Source: Hyaloraphidium curvatum SAG 235-1 (Eukaryota; Fungi; Monoblepharomycota). Taken from it: 64,000 nt of DNA. The DNA lies in the NCBI GenBank assembly GCA_025558095.1, contig JAIVFI010000018.1, positions 310,001-374,000 on the forward strand. The letters are read 5' to 3'. Within the stretch, counting starts at the first letter, position 1. Each line of letters starts with the position of its first letter. Below the pieces are notes generated by a model. That model saw only the letters and a list, made by a program, of their open reading frames with translations. It was not told where the DNA came from and made no database searches. Shown piece after piece: positions 33,379-46,647 of the stretch. The position numbers were made by a program, and so were the translations under genes.

Positions 33379-35219
33379 ATGGGCTCTTCTGCCGAAGCCG
33401 GCGGCGCAGTGCTGCAGAATATCACGCTCGTGAACGACGTGGCCAGCGTGGTGGCTTGGGACCTCGTCTACGCCGTCAACACGACGGTCACCGTCGCCCT
33501 CAACGTGTGGAACGCTATCCCGGGGCACCAGATTATATGGCGGTACATCAAGGCATCGCATCAGAACGACCCGGGGCGGACGGTCGTCGAGGTTGTCATC
33601 TTTCTGTGGCTCCTCGCGTACATCTTCAGGAATCGGGTCAAGCCCGCGTCGGATGAGATCAAGCTCACGAAGGAGGTGCGGAGGCGCCTTCCGCTCGTCA
33701 TTCTGCGTTCGTGGCTGAACTATTGGGTCCACAGGAGGTCGAGGACCTGATTCGGGAATGGGAGCCGGAGCCGCTAGTGCCGGAAGAGTTGACAGATGTC
33801 CAGAAGATGGATCTTGAACGGGTGCCGGTCATCGTCGGGTGGGTTGCGGAAGATCATTTGCACCGTCACGTCGCTTATGACGGGACTTGCAGCGCCGCCA
33901 ACACAAAGGTCAAGATTCGGGGCAGCAAGAATCTCCTGACAAACCTCTCTTCGTACAACTTCCTCGGCCTTCTGAACCGGGACGAGGCGAAGAAGGAGAG
34001 CCTCGCCGCGCTGCGCAAATACGGCGTCGGCACCTGCGGGCCGCGGGGTTTCTACGGCACCTTGGATGTGCACATGCAGCTTGAGAAGGAGCTGGCAACA
34101 TTCATGGGAACGGAGGACGGCATTATCTATTCGCAAGGATTCGCCACCGTCTCCTCCGTCATTCCTTCGTTTGCGAAGCGCGGCGACATCATTGTTGTGT
34201 GAGCACTTCGTTTTGTGTCCCTTTGCCACAAGCTCACGTTCCCAAAAGCGATGATGCCGTGAACTACTCGATCCAGAAAGGCGTCCAGATTTCGCGGAGC
34301 ACCGTAAAGTGGTTCCGCCACAACGACATGGATCACCTGCAGTCGATCCTGGAGGAGATCACGCGGGATGCAAAGCGCAAGAACAAGCCTTTGACACGGA
34401 GGTTCATCGTCGTGGAGGGATTGTACGCCAACACTGGCGACCTCTGCAACCTCCCGAAGCTCGTGGATTTGAAGTTTCGCTACAAGTTTCGTCTCGTCGT
34501 CGACGAGTCCCTATCTATCGGGACATTGGGGGCGTCTGGTCGGGGTGTGTCGGAGCACTTCAACATTCCGGTAGGTTTCATCACGTCCGCATGTCGGCTA
34601 TCGATGTCTCATTGATATCCAAGACTGCGAGTGTCGATGTCATTGCCGCAACGATGGCCAACTCGCTGGGAGCAGGTGGTGGCTTCTGCGTCGGCTCGAA
34701 GGAGGTCGTCGACCACCAGCGCTTGTCAAGCTCGGCCTACGTTTTTTCCGCTTCCCTGCCCTCCATTCTCGCTGTCACTGCCATGACTTCTCTCTCGCTC
34801 CTGGACGAGGAACCGTCCAAGTTCATCGGACCGTTGCGCGAAAACACGCAGGTCTTGCGCTCAGTTCTCGGGGCCATTCCGGGAGTTTCTTGCGTCGGGG
34901 CCGAGGTCAGCCCGGTGATGCACCTGAGGCTCAAGGAACGTCTGGCGAAGAGGGACGAGGAGGAGTTCCTCCTTCAAGACGTTGTGGAGGAGGTGCGTCG
35001 CTTCTCGGTCACCCTTCGAGTTTGCCTGACAATCTGCACCAGGCCATGAAGGATGGGGTGCTCGTGACGCGGGCAAAGTACGTTCCGGACGAAGTTTCGC
35101 TGCCGCCTCCTTCGATCAGGGTCTGCGCAACCGCCGCCCTGACGAAGAAGGAATCGGAGAAGGCGGCACAAACGCTGAGGAATGCTTTCTTCAAGGCGAT
35201 GGCGCGGCGATCAAAGTAG
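33379..35219 (+). CDS. LCB1: Serine palmitoyltransferase subunit 1
   Basis: Motifs SHQNDPGRT, EWEPEPL, YGVGTCGPRGFYGTLDVH, FRHNDM, VDES and HQRLSSSAYVFSASLP. Several introns. Confidence 0.95.
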
Positions 35220-35424
35220 ATCGGACTCGAGTGTACGCCTCCTTCGGACGATCAAAACAAAGGCGGCGTCGCGGGCCCCTCGTCCCCATCTTTTTCCCAA
35301 ACCCTTTCCCGGGCCCGCAAACGTGTGAACGCAGGCTACCGACACCAAGATAGGAGGGCAGGCTTGAGATCTCGACCCTCCATGCCGGCTGTGCCCGTTA
35401 GGAGACCGTAGCTTGGGAACCGCA

Positions 35425-38400
35425 ATGGTGACGCGCTTTCCTTGGCCCGCGACTCTGGCCGCTTCTAACGGTTCCTCGCGCTGCTGTACTGGATCCGGCC
35501 CGGTTTGCGGCTCCTTATTTACGACATCGAACCCATTTGAATACCTTTTGCCGCCTCGGGATGCCGGGGCGACCCATTCTGCTCTCTGGGATTCACCGAC
35601 AGATGACCACGGTCCGGACCGGTGCCGCTCAACGGAACGGGGCGGCTTCGTCTCCAGACGGATATGAGGACGACTATGTGGCACCATTTGTGCCGCGAGG
35701 GAACACGAGGACGCTGACGCGGTCGACGGTCGGCGGCGGGTACACGATCTTCGAACCTGCGCACCCGCCAATCAAGGTCGGCGGCCAGGCGACCCCGACG
35801 GAAGCGGTGCTGGTTTTCAAGGATGGGACGGCCTACAAAGGCTTTTCCTTTGGAGCCGAGGCGTCCGGTGTCGCGGGAGAATGCGTGTTCCAGACCGGTG
35901 CGGATCTCCTCGCGAGCTTTGGTGCGGGCGACGCCAAAACTGACCCGGACGCTCTCAGGAATGGTCGGGTATCCGGAATCCCTCACGGATCCTTCGTACG
36001 CGGGGCAGATTCTCGTCCTGACGTTCCCCATCGTGGGCAACTACGGGGTGCCTTCCCGGGAAGAGGTCGACTCGTACCTCAACAACCTGCCAAAGTACTT
36101 TGAATCGGCTAAGATCCACGTCGCGGCTCTCGTAGTCGCCCAGTACACGGAGGACTACAGCCACTACTTGGCGACGAGCAGCCTTGCCCAGTGGCTGAAG
36201 GAGCAAGGCGTGCCCGCCATGTACGGCGTCGATACTCGCGCGATCGTGCAGAAGATCCGGGACACGGGTGTTTTGCTGGGCAAGATGCTCCTTCCCCGCC
36301 AGCGATCTGCGGCCAAGGCCGTGAACGGAGCCGGCGATGCCGAGCAGAACGGCGAGGCTTCGCCGCTGGATCGTTTCGAGGACCTTGAATGGCAGGACCC
36401 CAACACGCGCAACCTGGTGGCTGAGGTCTCTTTGAAGCAGCCGGTGCTGTACAAGCCCCTGCCGGAGAAGGCCATCAAGGTCAACGGCAAGACCGTCCGA
36501 ATCATGTGCGTCGACGTGGGCATGAAAAACAACCAGATCCGCTGCTTCGTGAACCGCGGTGTGGAAGTGAAGGTGGTCCCGTGGGACTACGATTTCCTCG
36601 CGGTGAGTTGCATGTTCCGTCCCGCTTTGGCACGGACTCTTGACGGCCTCAATGTGCAGGACTCGGACTACGACGCGCTCTTTGTCTCCAACGGGCCTGG
36701 TGATCCCACCATGGTCGAGTCGACCATCGCGCGGCTGAGGAAGCAGCTTGCCAAGGGCGACAAACCTATCTTTGGCATCTGCTTGGGTCACCAGCTTCTC
36801 GCTCTGGCTGCGGGTGCCACGACCAAAAAGATGAAGTTCGGCAACCGCGGCCACAACATCCCCTGCACGGATATGTTCACGGGCAGGTGCCACATCACCT
36901 CGCAGAACCACGGGTACGCCGTCGACACCGGCAGTCTGCCGGAGGGGTGGAACGAGTGGTTCGTCAATGCCAACGACGGCTCGAACGAGGGTATCGTGCA
37001 CAGCACGATGCCGTACTTCTCGGTGCAGTTCCACCCCGAGTCGAACCCCGGGCCCAAGGACACCGAGTACCTCTTCGACGACTACATCCGGGTCGTCAAG
37101 CAATGCGTGGAAGGCGGGAAGCTGGTACCTCTGTTCCCGAACGGCAAGGCGCCCGCGAAGGACACCCGCGTCTACCCCAAGAAGGTCTTGGTGCTGGGCA
37201 GCGGAGGCCTCAGCATCGGCCAGGCCGGAGAGTTCGACTACTCCGGATCTCAGGCCATCAAGGCGCTGAAGCAGGAGGGGATCTACACCATCCTCATCAA
37301 CCCGAACATCGCCACCATCCAGACCTCCAAAGGTCTGGCGGACAAGGTCTACTTCCTGCCAGTGACGCCCGAATACGTTCGCAAGGTCATTCAGCACGAG
37401 AAGCCCGATGGAATCTACTGCACTTTCGGCGGCCAAACGGCCCTGAACTGCGGTGTCAAAATGAAGGACGAGTTTGAGGAGCTGGGCGTGAAGGTGATTC
37501 GGCATGAGCGTCTTGACGGGGTTCGTGGCTCCTGACCCGCTTTGCGTCGCAGGTGCTCGGCACTCCCATCAAGTCCATCGAACTAACCGAAGATCGGGAG
37601 CTGTTTGCCAACGCCATGAAGGAGATTGGCGAGAAGTGCGCCGAGTCTGCCTCCGCTGTCAACGTCAAGGAAGCCGTTGCCGCGGCCACGGCCATCGGCT
37701 ACCCCGTCATTGTCCGGGCTGCGTACGCCCTCGGCGGATTGGGGTCCGGCTTTGCCGAGAACGAGGAGCAGCTCGTTGAGCTGTGCGACAAGGCTTTCGC
37801 GACCAGCCCGCAGGTGTTGGTCGAGCGCAGCATGAAGGGGTGGAAGGAGATCGAGTACGAGGTCGTCCGCGATGCCCATGACAACTGCATCACGGTGTGC
37901 AACATGGAGGTTCGTTTGGACTCTTACCAGTCTACAGCGGTGGCTAACTTTTCCGATCGCGCCCTTCTCTTATCAATGCAGAACTTTGACCCTCTCGGGA
38001 TCCACACCGGCGACTCCATCGTCGTTGCGCCGTCGCAGACGCTGTCTGACGAGGATTACATGATGCTGCGCTCCACGGCCGTGAATGTCATTCGCCACCT
38101 CGGCGTGATCGGCGAATGCAACATTCAGGTTCGTTAGCCCTTCGCGCCGAGGGGGCCTTCCGCAATGCTGACCCGGAGCTCTTCTAGTATGCCTTGAACC
38201 CCAAGTCCAAGGAGTACTGCATCATCGAGGTCAATGCACGTCTTTCTCGGAGTTCGGCCCTGGCATCGAAAGCGACCGGATACCCGCTGGTTCGTGGTCG
38301 CCACCCTGTTCGGTTCTCTGTCTGACAGTCTTGGTCCGCAGGCCTTTGTCGCTGCAAAGCTCGGCTTGGGAATTCCGCTCACGGAAGTGCAAAACGCCGT

Positions 38401-41400
38401 GACCAAGAAGACTATCGCATGCTTCGAGCCCAGTCTCGACTACATCGTCGTCAAGATCCCCAGATGGTGGGCCACTTTTCGGCCGCCTTTATCGGCCGTT
38501 GCTCACACCCGTCTCCTCAGGGACTTGAAAAAGTTCAGCCGCGTAAGCACCAAGATCAGCTCGTCCATGAAGAGTGTCGGCGAAGTCATGGCAATCGGAA
38601 GGACTTTCGAAGAAACGATCCAGAAGGCCATTCGCGCGGTCGAATACTCCTTCACGGGCTTCACGAACGTAGGGCTTTCGCTATGTGTTGCATTCCGATA
38701 CCTAACGAATCCGCCCTTCGGCAGAACAACTTCGTCGAGAATCTGGACGAAGAACTGGAGAACCCGACGGACATGCGCATGTTTGCGATTGCCCGGGCTC
38801 TTCACAGCGGTTACTCTGTGGAGGAAATCTGGAAACTGACGCGCATCGATCGTTGGTTCTTGAACAAGCTGAAGGGCATTGCCGAGGCTGAAAAGTCGCT
38901 CAAGTGAGTCGAATGCCGTGCTAGTTCCCCGCCACCACTGATCGATGATCGCCATCAGCGGCTACGACGTTTCGACCATCCCTCTGGAGCTCCTGCAGTC
39001 CTGCAAGATGATCGGAATGTCTGATCGGCAGCTTGCCACGTGCCTCGGCACATCCGAGCTACAGGTCCGCAAGCTTCGCGTCGATGCCGGCATCCTTCCC
39101 TGGGTCAAGCAGATCGACACTGGTGTGTCTCGTCGTGTTCTCTTGTCCTTTCCTGCTTGACTGACTGCCGTTCCTCAGTGGCGGCCGAGTTCCCTGCCTA
39201 CACAAACTACCTGTACACGACCTTCACCGCGTCCAAGCACGACGTCACCTTTGAGGACCACGGTGTCATGGTTCTCGGCAGCGGTGTGTACCGCATCGGC
39301 AGCAGTGTCGAGTTCGACTGGTGTGCCGTGCGGGCCATTCGGACGCTGCGGCAAAACAAGATCAAGACCATCATGATCAACTACAACCCGGAAACGGTCA
39401 GCACGGACTACGATGAGGCAGACCGCCTTTACTTTGAGAACATCACGCTGGAGCGCGTTCTGGACATCTACGAGCTCGAGGGCGCCGACGGCGTTATCGT
39501 GTCGATGGGCGGACAGACCCCGAACAACATTGCCCTTCCGCTCTACCGGCAGAACGTCAAGATCCTCGGCACGTCGCCCGAGATGATCGATTCCGCCGAG
39601 AACCGCTACAAGTTCTCGCGCATGCTCGACAAGATCGGCGTTGACCAGCCTCAGTGGAAGGAGCTAACGGACGTCAAGGAGGCTGCTGCTTTCTGCGACA
39701 AAGTCAAGTACCCGGTGCTCGTTCGGCCGTCCTACGTTCTCAGCGGAGCTGCGATGAGCGTCGTGTACTCGAAGGAGGACCTGTCGTACTACCTCGGCCA
39801 GGCGGCTGCGGTTTCCCGCGAGTATCCCGTCGTGATCTCGAAGTTCATCGAGGACGCCAAGGAGATCGAGATGGACGCTGTGGCAAAGGACGGGAAGCTC
39901 ATCATGCACGTCATTTCGGAGCACGTGGAGAACGCGGGCGTTCATTCGGGCGACGCAACCTTGATCCAGCCGCCCCAAGATCTCGATCCCGAGACCGTGC
40001 GCAAGATCGAGGTCGCGACGCGCAAGATCGCAAACTCGCTCAACGTCACCGGGCCTTTCAACATCCAGTTTATCGCCAAGGACAACGAGATCAAGGTCAT
40101 CGAGTGCAACGTGCGCGCTTCGCGCTCGTTCCCGTTCGTGTCCAAGGTCCTGGGCGTCGACCTCATCGAGCTCGCCACCAAGGCCATGATGAACCTGCCT
40201 CTCGAACCCTACCCGAAAACCGACGAGCTCGAGAGGAAGGACTACGTCGCCATCAAGGTCCCGCAGTTCAGCTTCAGCCGTCTCTCCGGCGCGGACCCCA
40301 TTCTGGGCGTTGAGATGGCCTCGACGGGCGAAGTGGCTTGCTTCGGCAAGGACAAGTACGAGGCCTACTTGAAGTCCTTGGTCGCAACCGGCTTCCACCT
40401 GCCCAAGCGCGGGGGCAACGTGCTCCTTTCCATCGGCTCGTTCAAGGAGAAGCTCGAGTTCCTTGCCTCGGCCAAGAAGCTCCACGACATGGGCTTCAAG
40501 ATCTTTGCGACGGCGGGCACCGCGGACTTCATGAACGAGCACGGGATCCCCGTCAGCTACCTCGAGGCCTTCGAGGAGGCGGAGGACGGGCACAAGGGCA
40601 AGGCCGAGTACAGCCTGACCCAGCACCTTGCCAAGAACATGATTGATCTCTACATCAACTTGCCTTCAAAGAACAAGTTCCGGCGCCCCGCGAACTACAT
40701 GAGCAGAGGTTACCGCAGCCGCCGGATGGCCGTCGACTTTGCAATCCCGCTCATCACCAACATCAAGTGCGCCAAATTGTTTGTCGAAGCACTGGCCCGG
40801 GAGGCGAGCTTCAATGTTACGGTGAACGACTACCAGACGAGCCACCGGACTCTGGTGCTGCCCGGACTGGTCAGCATCCAGACGTTCTGGCCGAACCTGG
40901 GCAAGCCCGGGGTCGCTGACTTCGAAGCCGTTTCGCGAGCCGCCTTGGCCGGTGGCTTTACCACCCTCATGGTTATGGCGAGCGGCACAGAGTTCGGGGT
41001 CACGGACCGGCAGTCTTTGAATGCCGCCCAGACGATCTTGCGGAAGCAGGCCTACACCGACTACTCCTTGGCGCTCCAGGCCACGGAGTCGAACGCGGAC
41101 AAGGTCCCGGTGCTCTCGCCGGACGCGGCCTCGCTCTTCGTCAACTTGGAGAGCACTGGCAAGGGGGTTTCCTTGAACAAGCTGGCGACCCATTTCAAGA
41201 ACTGGCCCTCGCTCGCCCCCGTCGTCGTCAAGGCCACACAGAGCGATCTTGCTTCGGTGCTCTTCCTTGCGAACCTTCACAAGAAGCCGGTGCACATTAC
41301 GGGCGTGCGAACAAAGGACGACGTGATGCTTGTCGCCATGAGCAAGGAGAACGGTTTGAAGATCACGTGCGACGTCGCCGTTCACAACCTCTTCTTCTCG

Positions 41401-43317
41401 AAGCGCGATTTCCCTTCGGACGCTTTGGGGACCGTTGAGGATGTTGCCACACTTTGGGACTATTTGGAGGTGATCGACTGCTTCTCGGTCGGCGACGTGC
41501 CGTATCGCATCGCGCAGAAGATGTCGAGCGATTTCTCGCCCGCAACGGGGTTGGAGGAAGCGCTGCCTCTTCTTCTGACGGCGGTGTCTGAGGGCCGACT
41601 CACCATGGCCGATGTCATCCGGAGGCTTTCGGAGAATCCTCGGAAGATCTTCGAGGTTCCGGAGCAAACGGACTCGTACGTGGAGGTGGAAGTGGACCGC
41701 TCGTACGTTGCCGGCACGCGGGACTTGTCCGGCAAGCCGGCTTCCTGGGCGACGACCAACGGTCGGACGCTCAAGGCGAGCGTCCGGCGCGTCGTCTTCA
41801 GCGGCACAACGTCGTACCTCGATGGCTCGGTCTTCGGTTCCGTTGGCAGCGGGAAGGATCTTTCTTCGCTGATCAGCCTCATCGGCACAAGTTCCGAGCA
41901 GATCCTTGTCGGATCGGCATCCCCCGTTGGTGGCGGCGTTTCCCCGCGGAAGAAGGGGTCGCTTTCCTACCATGCACCCCCATCGCCGCTGCTTCCTTCC
42001 TTCGACACCCATCACCACAAGCGCGGTCCCAGTGTTGAAGCACCGCTGGCCAGCCTCATGGCCGGAACCGCGCAGCTGCCCAAGCTTACTCGAGAGCCGA
42101 CCTCTGCGTCCGACGATTCGGTTGTTCTTACCCAGTCGATCGTCCAAGGGCTGCAGGATGCACAGGCTTCGAACATCGGCCGCATGCTTCCGGAACTGCC
42201 GACGTGAGTCTTGTTGGGCCGATCTGTTGATACCTGCGGCTCACTTCCTTGCCAGCTCTCTCTCTTTAAACATCGCCTCTACACCCTTCTTCCGCAAGCA
42301 CATCCTTTCCGTGAAGCAGTTCAACAGGCACGAGTACCACATGCTCTTCGGTGTCGCGCACGAGATGCGGAACCTTGTGGAGCGGTATGGCCAGGTCAAC
42401 CTGCTGAACGGGAGGGTGCTCTGCACGGCCTTCTACGAACCTTCGACCCGCACGTGCACGTCTTTCGAGACCGCGATGGTCAGGCTCGGCGGAAGCGTCG
42501 TGTCGATTAAGGACAACACGAGCTCGATTGCCAAGGGCGAGAGCATCGGCGATACCGGTTCGTGTCTGCCGTGTTTGCTCTGTTTGACGTGCGATTGACG
42601 TTCACTCCCTACCAGTCCGCACGCTGAACGCCTACGCCGACGTGATCGCGATGCGGCATCCCGAAGTCGGCAGTGTTGGCCAGGCTGCCAGGGTTTCCAA
42701 GTGCCCGATCATCAATGCCGGCGATGGTATCGGGGAGCACCCGACCCAGGCCATGCTTGATGCGTTCACCATCCGCGAGGAGCTGGGCTCCGTCAACGGG
42801 CTGACGGTCACCATGGTCGGCGACCTCAAGAACGGTCGCACGGTGGGTTTTCCGCGTACCATCGTCTCCGACCTTGTTCTTACCGACATGCCTCCAGGTC
42901 CACTCGCTCGTGCGGCTGCTGAGCAACTACGACGTGAAGCTGAACTACGTTTCGCCCGCGAGCCTGCGCATGCCGGAGGAGCTCAAGTCGGAGATCCGGA
43001 AGCTCAACATTCCCCAGAACGAGTACGAGACCCTGGACCCGGTGCTCGCGGACACGGACGTGCTCTACGTCACCCGCGTCCAGAAGGAGCGTTTCAAGGA
43101 TCTGAGCGAGTACGAGCGCGTCAAGGATGCCTTCATCATCAACAACTCGGTCATGCGGAAGTGCAAATCGCAGATGATCGTTATGCACCCGCTGCCCAGG
43201 GTCAACGAGATTGACCCCGAGGTGGACTTTGACCAGCGGTCGGCCTACTTCCGGCAGATGCGCTTCGGCCTCTACGTCCGGATGGCCCTCCTGGCGATGG
43301 TCTTGGGCCGCTCTTGA
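35425..43317 (+). CDS. URA2: Multifunctional Ura2/CAD-like protein (GATase-CPSase-pseudo-DHOase-ATCase); start at ATG 35425 (with intron to 35602) or ATG 35603
   Basis: GATase (GICLGHQ, FHPE), CPSase ([18 protein letters not shown]), degenerate DHOase (LPGLVSIQT instead of HxH) and ATCase ([18 protein letters not shown]). More than 10 introns. Confidence 0.96.
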
Positions 43318-43437
43318 GCGAGAAAAAGCGGGCCATACCCAGCGCGCCCGCCGCTTAGAAAACCTCATGCAGATTTGTATTCTCTGGTAATGAGTGGTAT
43401 TGCCGATCCGTGGTATCATTTCGCCGTCCGTCCCGCG

Positions 43438-45672
43438 CTACCGCCTCGGCATGCCCCGCCCCCTGGCGCCGCGGCCCCGCATGGGGACGTTGCCAGGCTG
43501 CTCGCTCTGGGGATTCCGCACCGTCTCGTCCACGCTCAGGATGAGGCACGCAGCCTCGGTCGCCGCGCTCAGCGCGTTGGTCTTGACCAGGGCGGGCTCC
43601 CACACAAAGGCCTCGAAGTTGTCGGCGATCGACTCGGAGTTGATGTCGACGCCGAACCAAGTGCCGCCGGCTGCAAAGGAAAAAAGGGGATCAGAGCTGA
43701 AGCGAAATCGCACTCGGAAAAGCAACGACCCACGTTCCGCGTGCCGCTTGCGCAGCTTGTTGAGGATGTCGGTGGCGTCGAAGCCCGCATTGTCCGCGAC
43801 CTGGCGCGGGATGACCTCAAGGGCCTTGGCAAAAGCCGCGATGATCATCTGCTGCTTCCCGGGCACCGTGCGCGCGTGCTGGCGGAGGTACTTGGAGACC
43901 TCCATCTGCAAGACGTCAGAGGGGCCGGCAATGCCAACGTGCAACGGGATAACCAACCTCGCAAGCGCCGCCGCCTGCCACGACCGACTTGTTCTTGATC
44001 GCGCGGCGCACGATCATGATGGCGTCGTGCAGGCTGCGCTCGACCTCGGCGATGAACTGTTCCGCGCCGCCCCTGAGCACCAGCGTGCACGTCTTTGCGT
44101 TCGGGCACCCGACGAAGAGGTTGAACCGCTCCCCGCCGATCTGGCGCTCCTCGAAGCTCGCGCACGTGCCCAGGTGCTTCTCGCTCAGGTCGTTGACCGA
44201 GCTCTGCACCGACCCGCCCACGGCCTTGACCACGCGCACGAGGTCGTCGTTGGCCACCCTGCCGGCGCAGAAGATGTTGCGGTCGGCAAAGTACTGCGTG
44301 GCCAGGTCGCCGATGGGCAGCTTGGAGAGGACGACCTTGGCGCCGGTCGCGGTGATCTTTTCCAGCTTCTCGTAGATGATCTGCCACTCGGCGTCCACGA
44401 TGGCCTGGTACTCGTCGACCTTGTCGATCCGGACCTCGGCGTTGTCGCGCTCGGCCTTGAGCTCGAGCTCCACGTTCAGGCACAGGATCTTGGGGTCCTT
44501 GAAGGATTTCGGCTGCTGCTCGAAGCCGGCGTACGAGAAGGTCTTTTTGAACGCCACGCCGTCGACAAAGATCGAGTCCTGGTAAACGAGGAGGACGGTT
44601 CAGCACGTCGAAAAGTGAGAGAGAGGTCGGTGACCTACCTCCATGGCGCCGCCGGGGATCTTCTTGATCCCGATCATGTTCTCGTTCAGGTCCTCCTGGT
44701 CCAGGTGCAGCACGGCATCGACCACCATTTTCTTGAAAAAGTCCTTGTGCGAGTGGATGAGCTTGGAGGACATGGCCGTGGCTGCGCACTTTTCGAGCAG
44801 GTCCCGGAACTCGGCCTCGTTGCGGCGCTCGACCGAGACCGCGAGCTCCTTGACCCTGTTGATCGCCTGCGCGCGGCGGTGTGGTGGTGAGGGGCGGTCC
44901 GGCACGGCACGCGACGCGCGGGACCCACCAAGTGCGACGCGGTCCGGAAGCCCTTGATGACGACCTGCGGGGGCACCCCCTCCTCGATGTACGGCTTGGC
45001 CTCGCGCAGCAGCTCGCCGGCCAGCAGCACCACCGACGTCGTGCCGTCGCCGACCTCCGCGTCCTGCGCGCGGGCAATGTCCACCAGGGCCTTGCCGGCG
45101 GGGTGCACGATGTCGAGCTGCTTGAGGATGGTGGCGCCGTCGTTGGAGATCGTCACGTCGCCTAACACCCGGCGGAAAGAGCGATGCGTCAGATGGTCTG
45201 ACGCCATCGAGGCGGGAGGGGTGCGACCCACCCCTGTTGTTGACGATGAGCTTGTCCATCCCGCGCGGACCCAGCGTCGTCCGCACGGTGTCCGCGATCG
45301 CGACGCAGGCATTTATGTTGTGCAGCAGCTGGCCCTTGCCCTGCGACGTGTCCGTGCCCTCCCTGAGGAGGATGATCCCGGGTTGCTGGCGGGGGCGAGG
45401 GGCGTGAGCCGGGGGTGCGCGGGAATTTCATCAGCGGCCGGGGGGCCACCGCGGGCACCGGGGGCTGCCTGTAGGCGAGTCCGCGGTCCCCCGGCGCGTT
45501 TTTGAGGCCCCTCGAGGGCGGCGTGCCGGGGGAACGCGTGCGATGGCCGCTGCCGGGGGTGCCCGCCGGTGCCCCGCCCGCCGGTCCAGGCCGCCCGAGC
45601 CCCGGCGCCCCGGCGAATCGCCGTTTCCTCTGCGCGCGCCAAGAGCGCTGAGCCGCAGCGGGGACGCACCAT
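43438..45672 (-). CDS. CCT7: T-complex protein 1 subunit eta (CCT7)
   Basis: Motifs M|[47 protein letters not shown] and [15 protein letters not shown]-only first exon followed by intron 45386-45669. Confidence 0.95.
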
Positions 45673-45788
45673 TGCGGGATCGGCGGCGGGCGAAACGACT
45701 TCGTTTTCGATCGTCCAAGGGAAGCACCGACGCGCTGAACAACATCGCGCGCCCCCTCGCCCGCTGCCGGGCAGGCCGCCTTTGGACG

Positions 45789-46472
45789 ATGTCGCGTCTC
45801 TTTGCGATGCTCTCGTGGGCGCCGCGGTGCCCGGCTGCCTCGCCGCTGCGCGCACCCGGCGCCCTCCGCGCGGCCCCCTCGCCGCCCGCCCTCGCGGCGC
45901 CCCCCGCCCTCCACGGCCCCGGCCAGCGCCGGTGGGCCACGAAGCGCACGGCCGGCGGCACAAACAACACAAAGGACTCGCCCGGCAAGCACCTCGGCGT
46001 GAAGTGCGTCAGCGGCACGCCCGTCGACAAGGGCGTCATCATCGTGCGCCAGCGCGGCACAAAGTTCCACCCCTCGTTCGGCGTGACTATCGGCCGCGAC
46101 CACACCATCTGCGCGGCCCGCGCTGGCGTCGTGCGCTTCTGGTACGACCTGCCGCGCTCGCGCCACTACGTGTGCGTCGACGACGGCTCGCTGCCCACGC
46201 CCGTGATGCCGTCAAAGGACGAGGCGAAGCGGCGCCTGGCAAACATGGTGGACCTCGAAAAGTACATGAAGCTGCGCGGCGAGGACAGGCACAGGTACAT
46301 CCTGGCGCTCGTGCGCAGGTACGACGAGCAGCTGCGCGCAGAGGTCAGGGAGGTGGCTGAACGCTGGATCACCGGCGAGATGATCGGCGCCAGCAAGGAC
46401 AGCGAGCTGGCGGCCCGCGTCGTGGGGCGGCGGACGCGCAGGCTGCCGCTGGTGGACATCACCAAGCTGTAA
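45789..46472 (+). CDS. MRP7: Mitochondrial ribosomal protein bL27m
   Basis: Presequence followed by ATKRTAGGTNNTKDSPGKHLGVK...IIVRQRGTKFHP...GRDHTI.A...G.V.F. Confidence 0.92.
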   Translation: MSRLFAMLSWAPRCPAASPLRAPGALRAAPSPPALAAPPALHGPGQRRWATKRTAGGTNNTKDSPGKHLGVKCVSGTPVDKGVIIVRQRGTKFHPSFGVTIGRDHTICAARAGVVRFWYDLPRSRHYVCVDDGSLPTPVMPSKDEAKRRLANMVDLEKYMKLRGEDRHRYILALVRRYDEQLRAEVREVAERWITGEMIGASKDSELAARVVGRRTRRLPLVDITKL

Positions 46473-46647
46473 ACCGCTGGGGGGTTGACGGAATAAATCC
46501 GCGAGTCTTCTCTATCGCATCTGCACCTGGCCTTTCCGCGCTGCTTCGTTTTGGCCTTCTTTCGTCCGCGGCTGCCGTGGCCGCCCTCGACCATGTCCGA
46601 GACGCCTCCGAGCCCCGTAGCACCCGCCCCCCTAACCATCCACCCGC

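Noticed and set aside
45420-45630. Hammerhead-like cores (GAAAC ... CTGATGA) or a TPP riboswitch in the CCT7 intron
   Set aside because: Stem II cannot close with the required pairing, and the TPP consensus motifs are absent. Kept only as a generic structured-RNA candidate.
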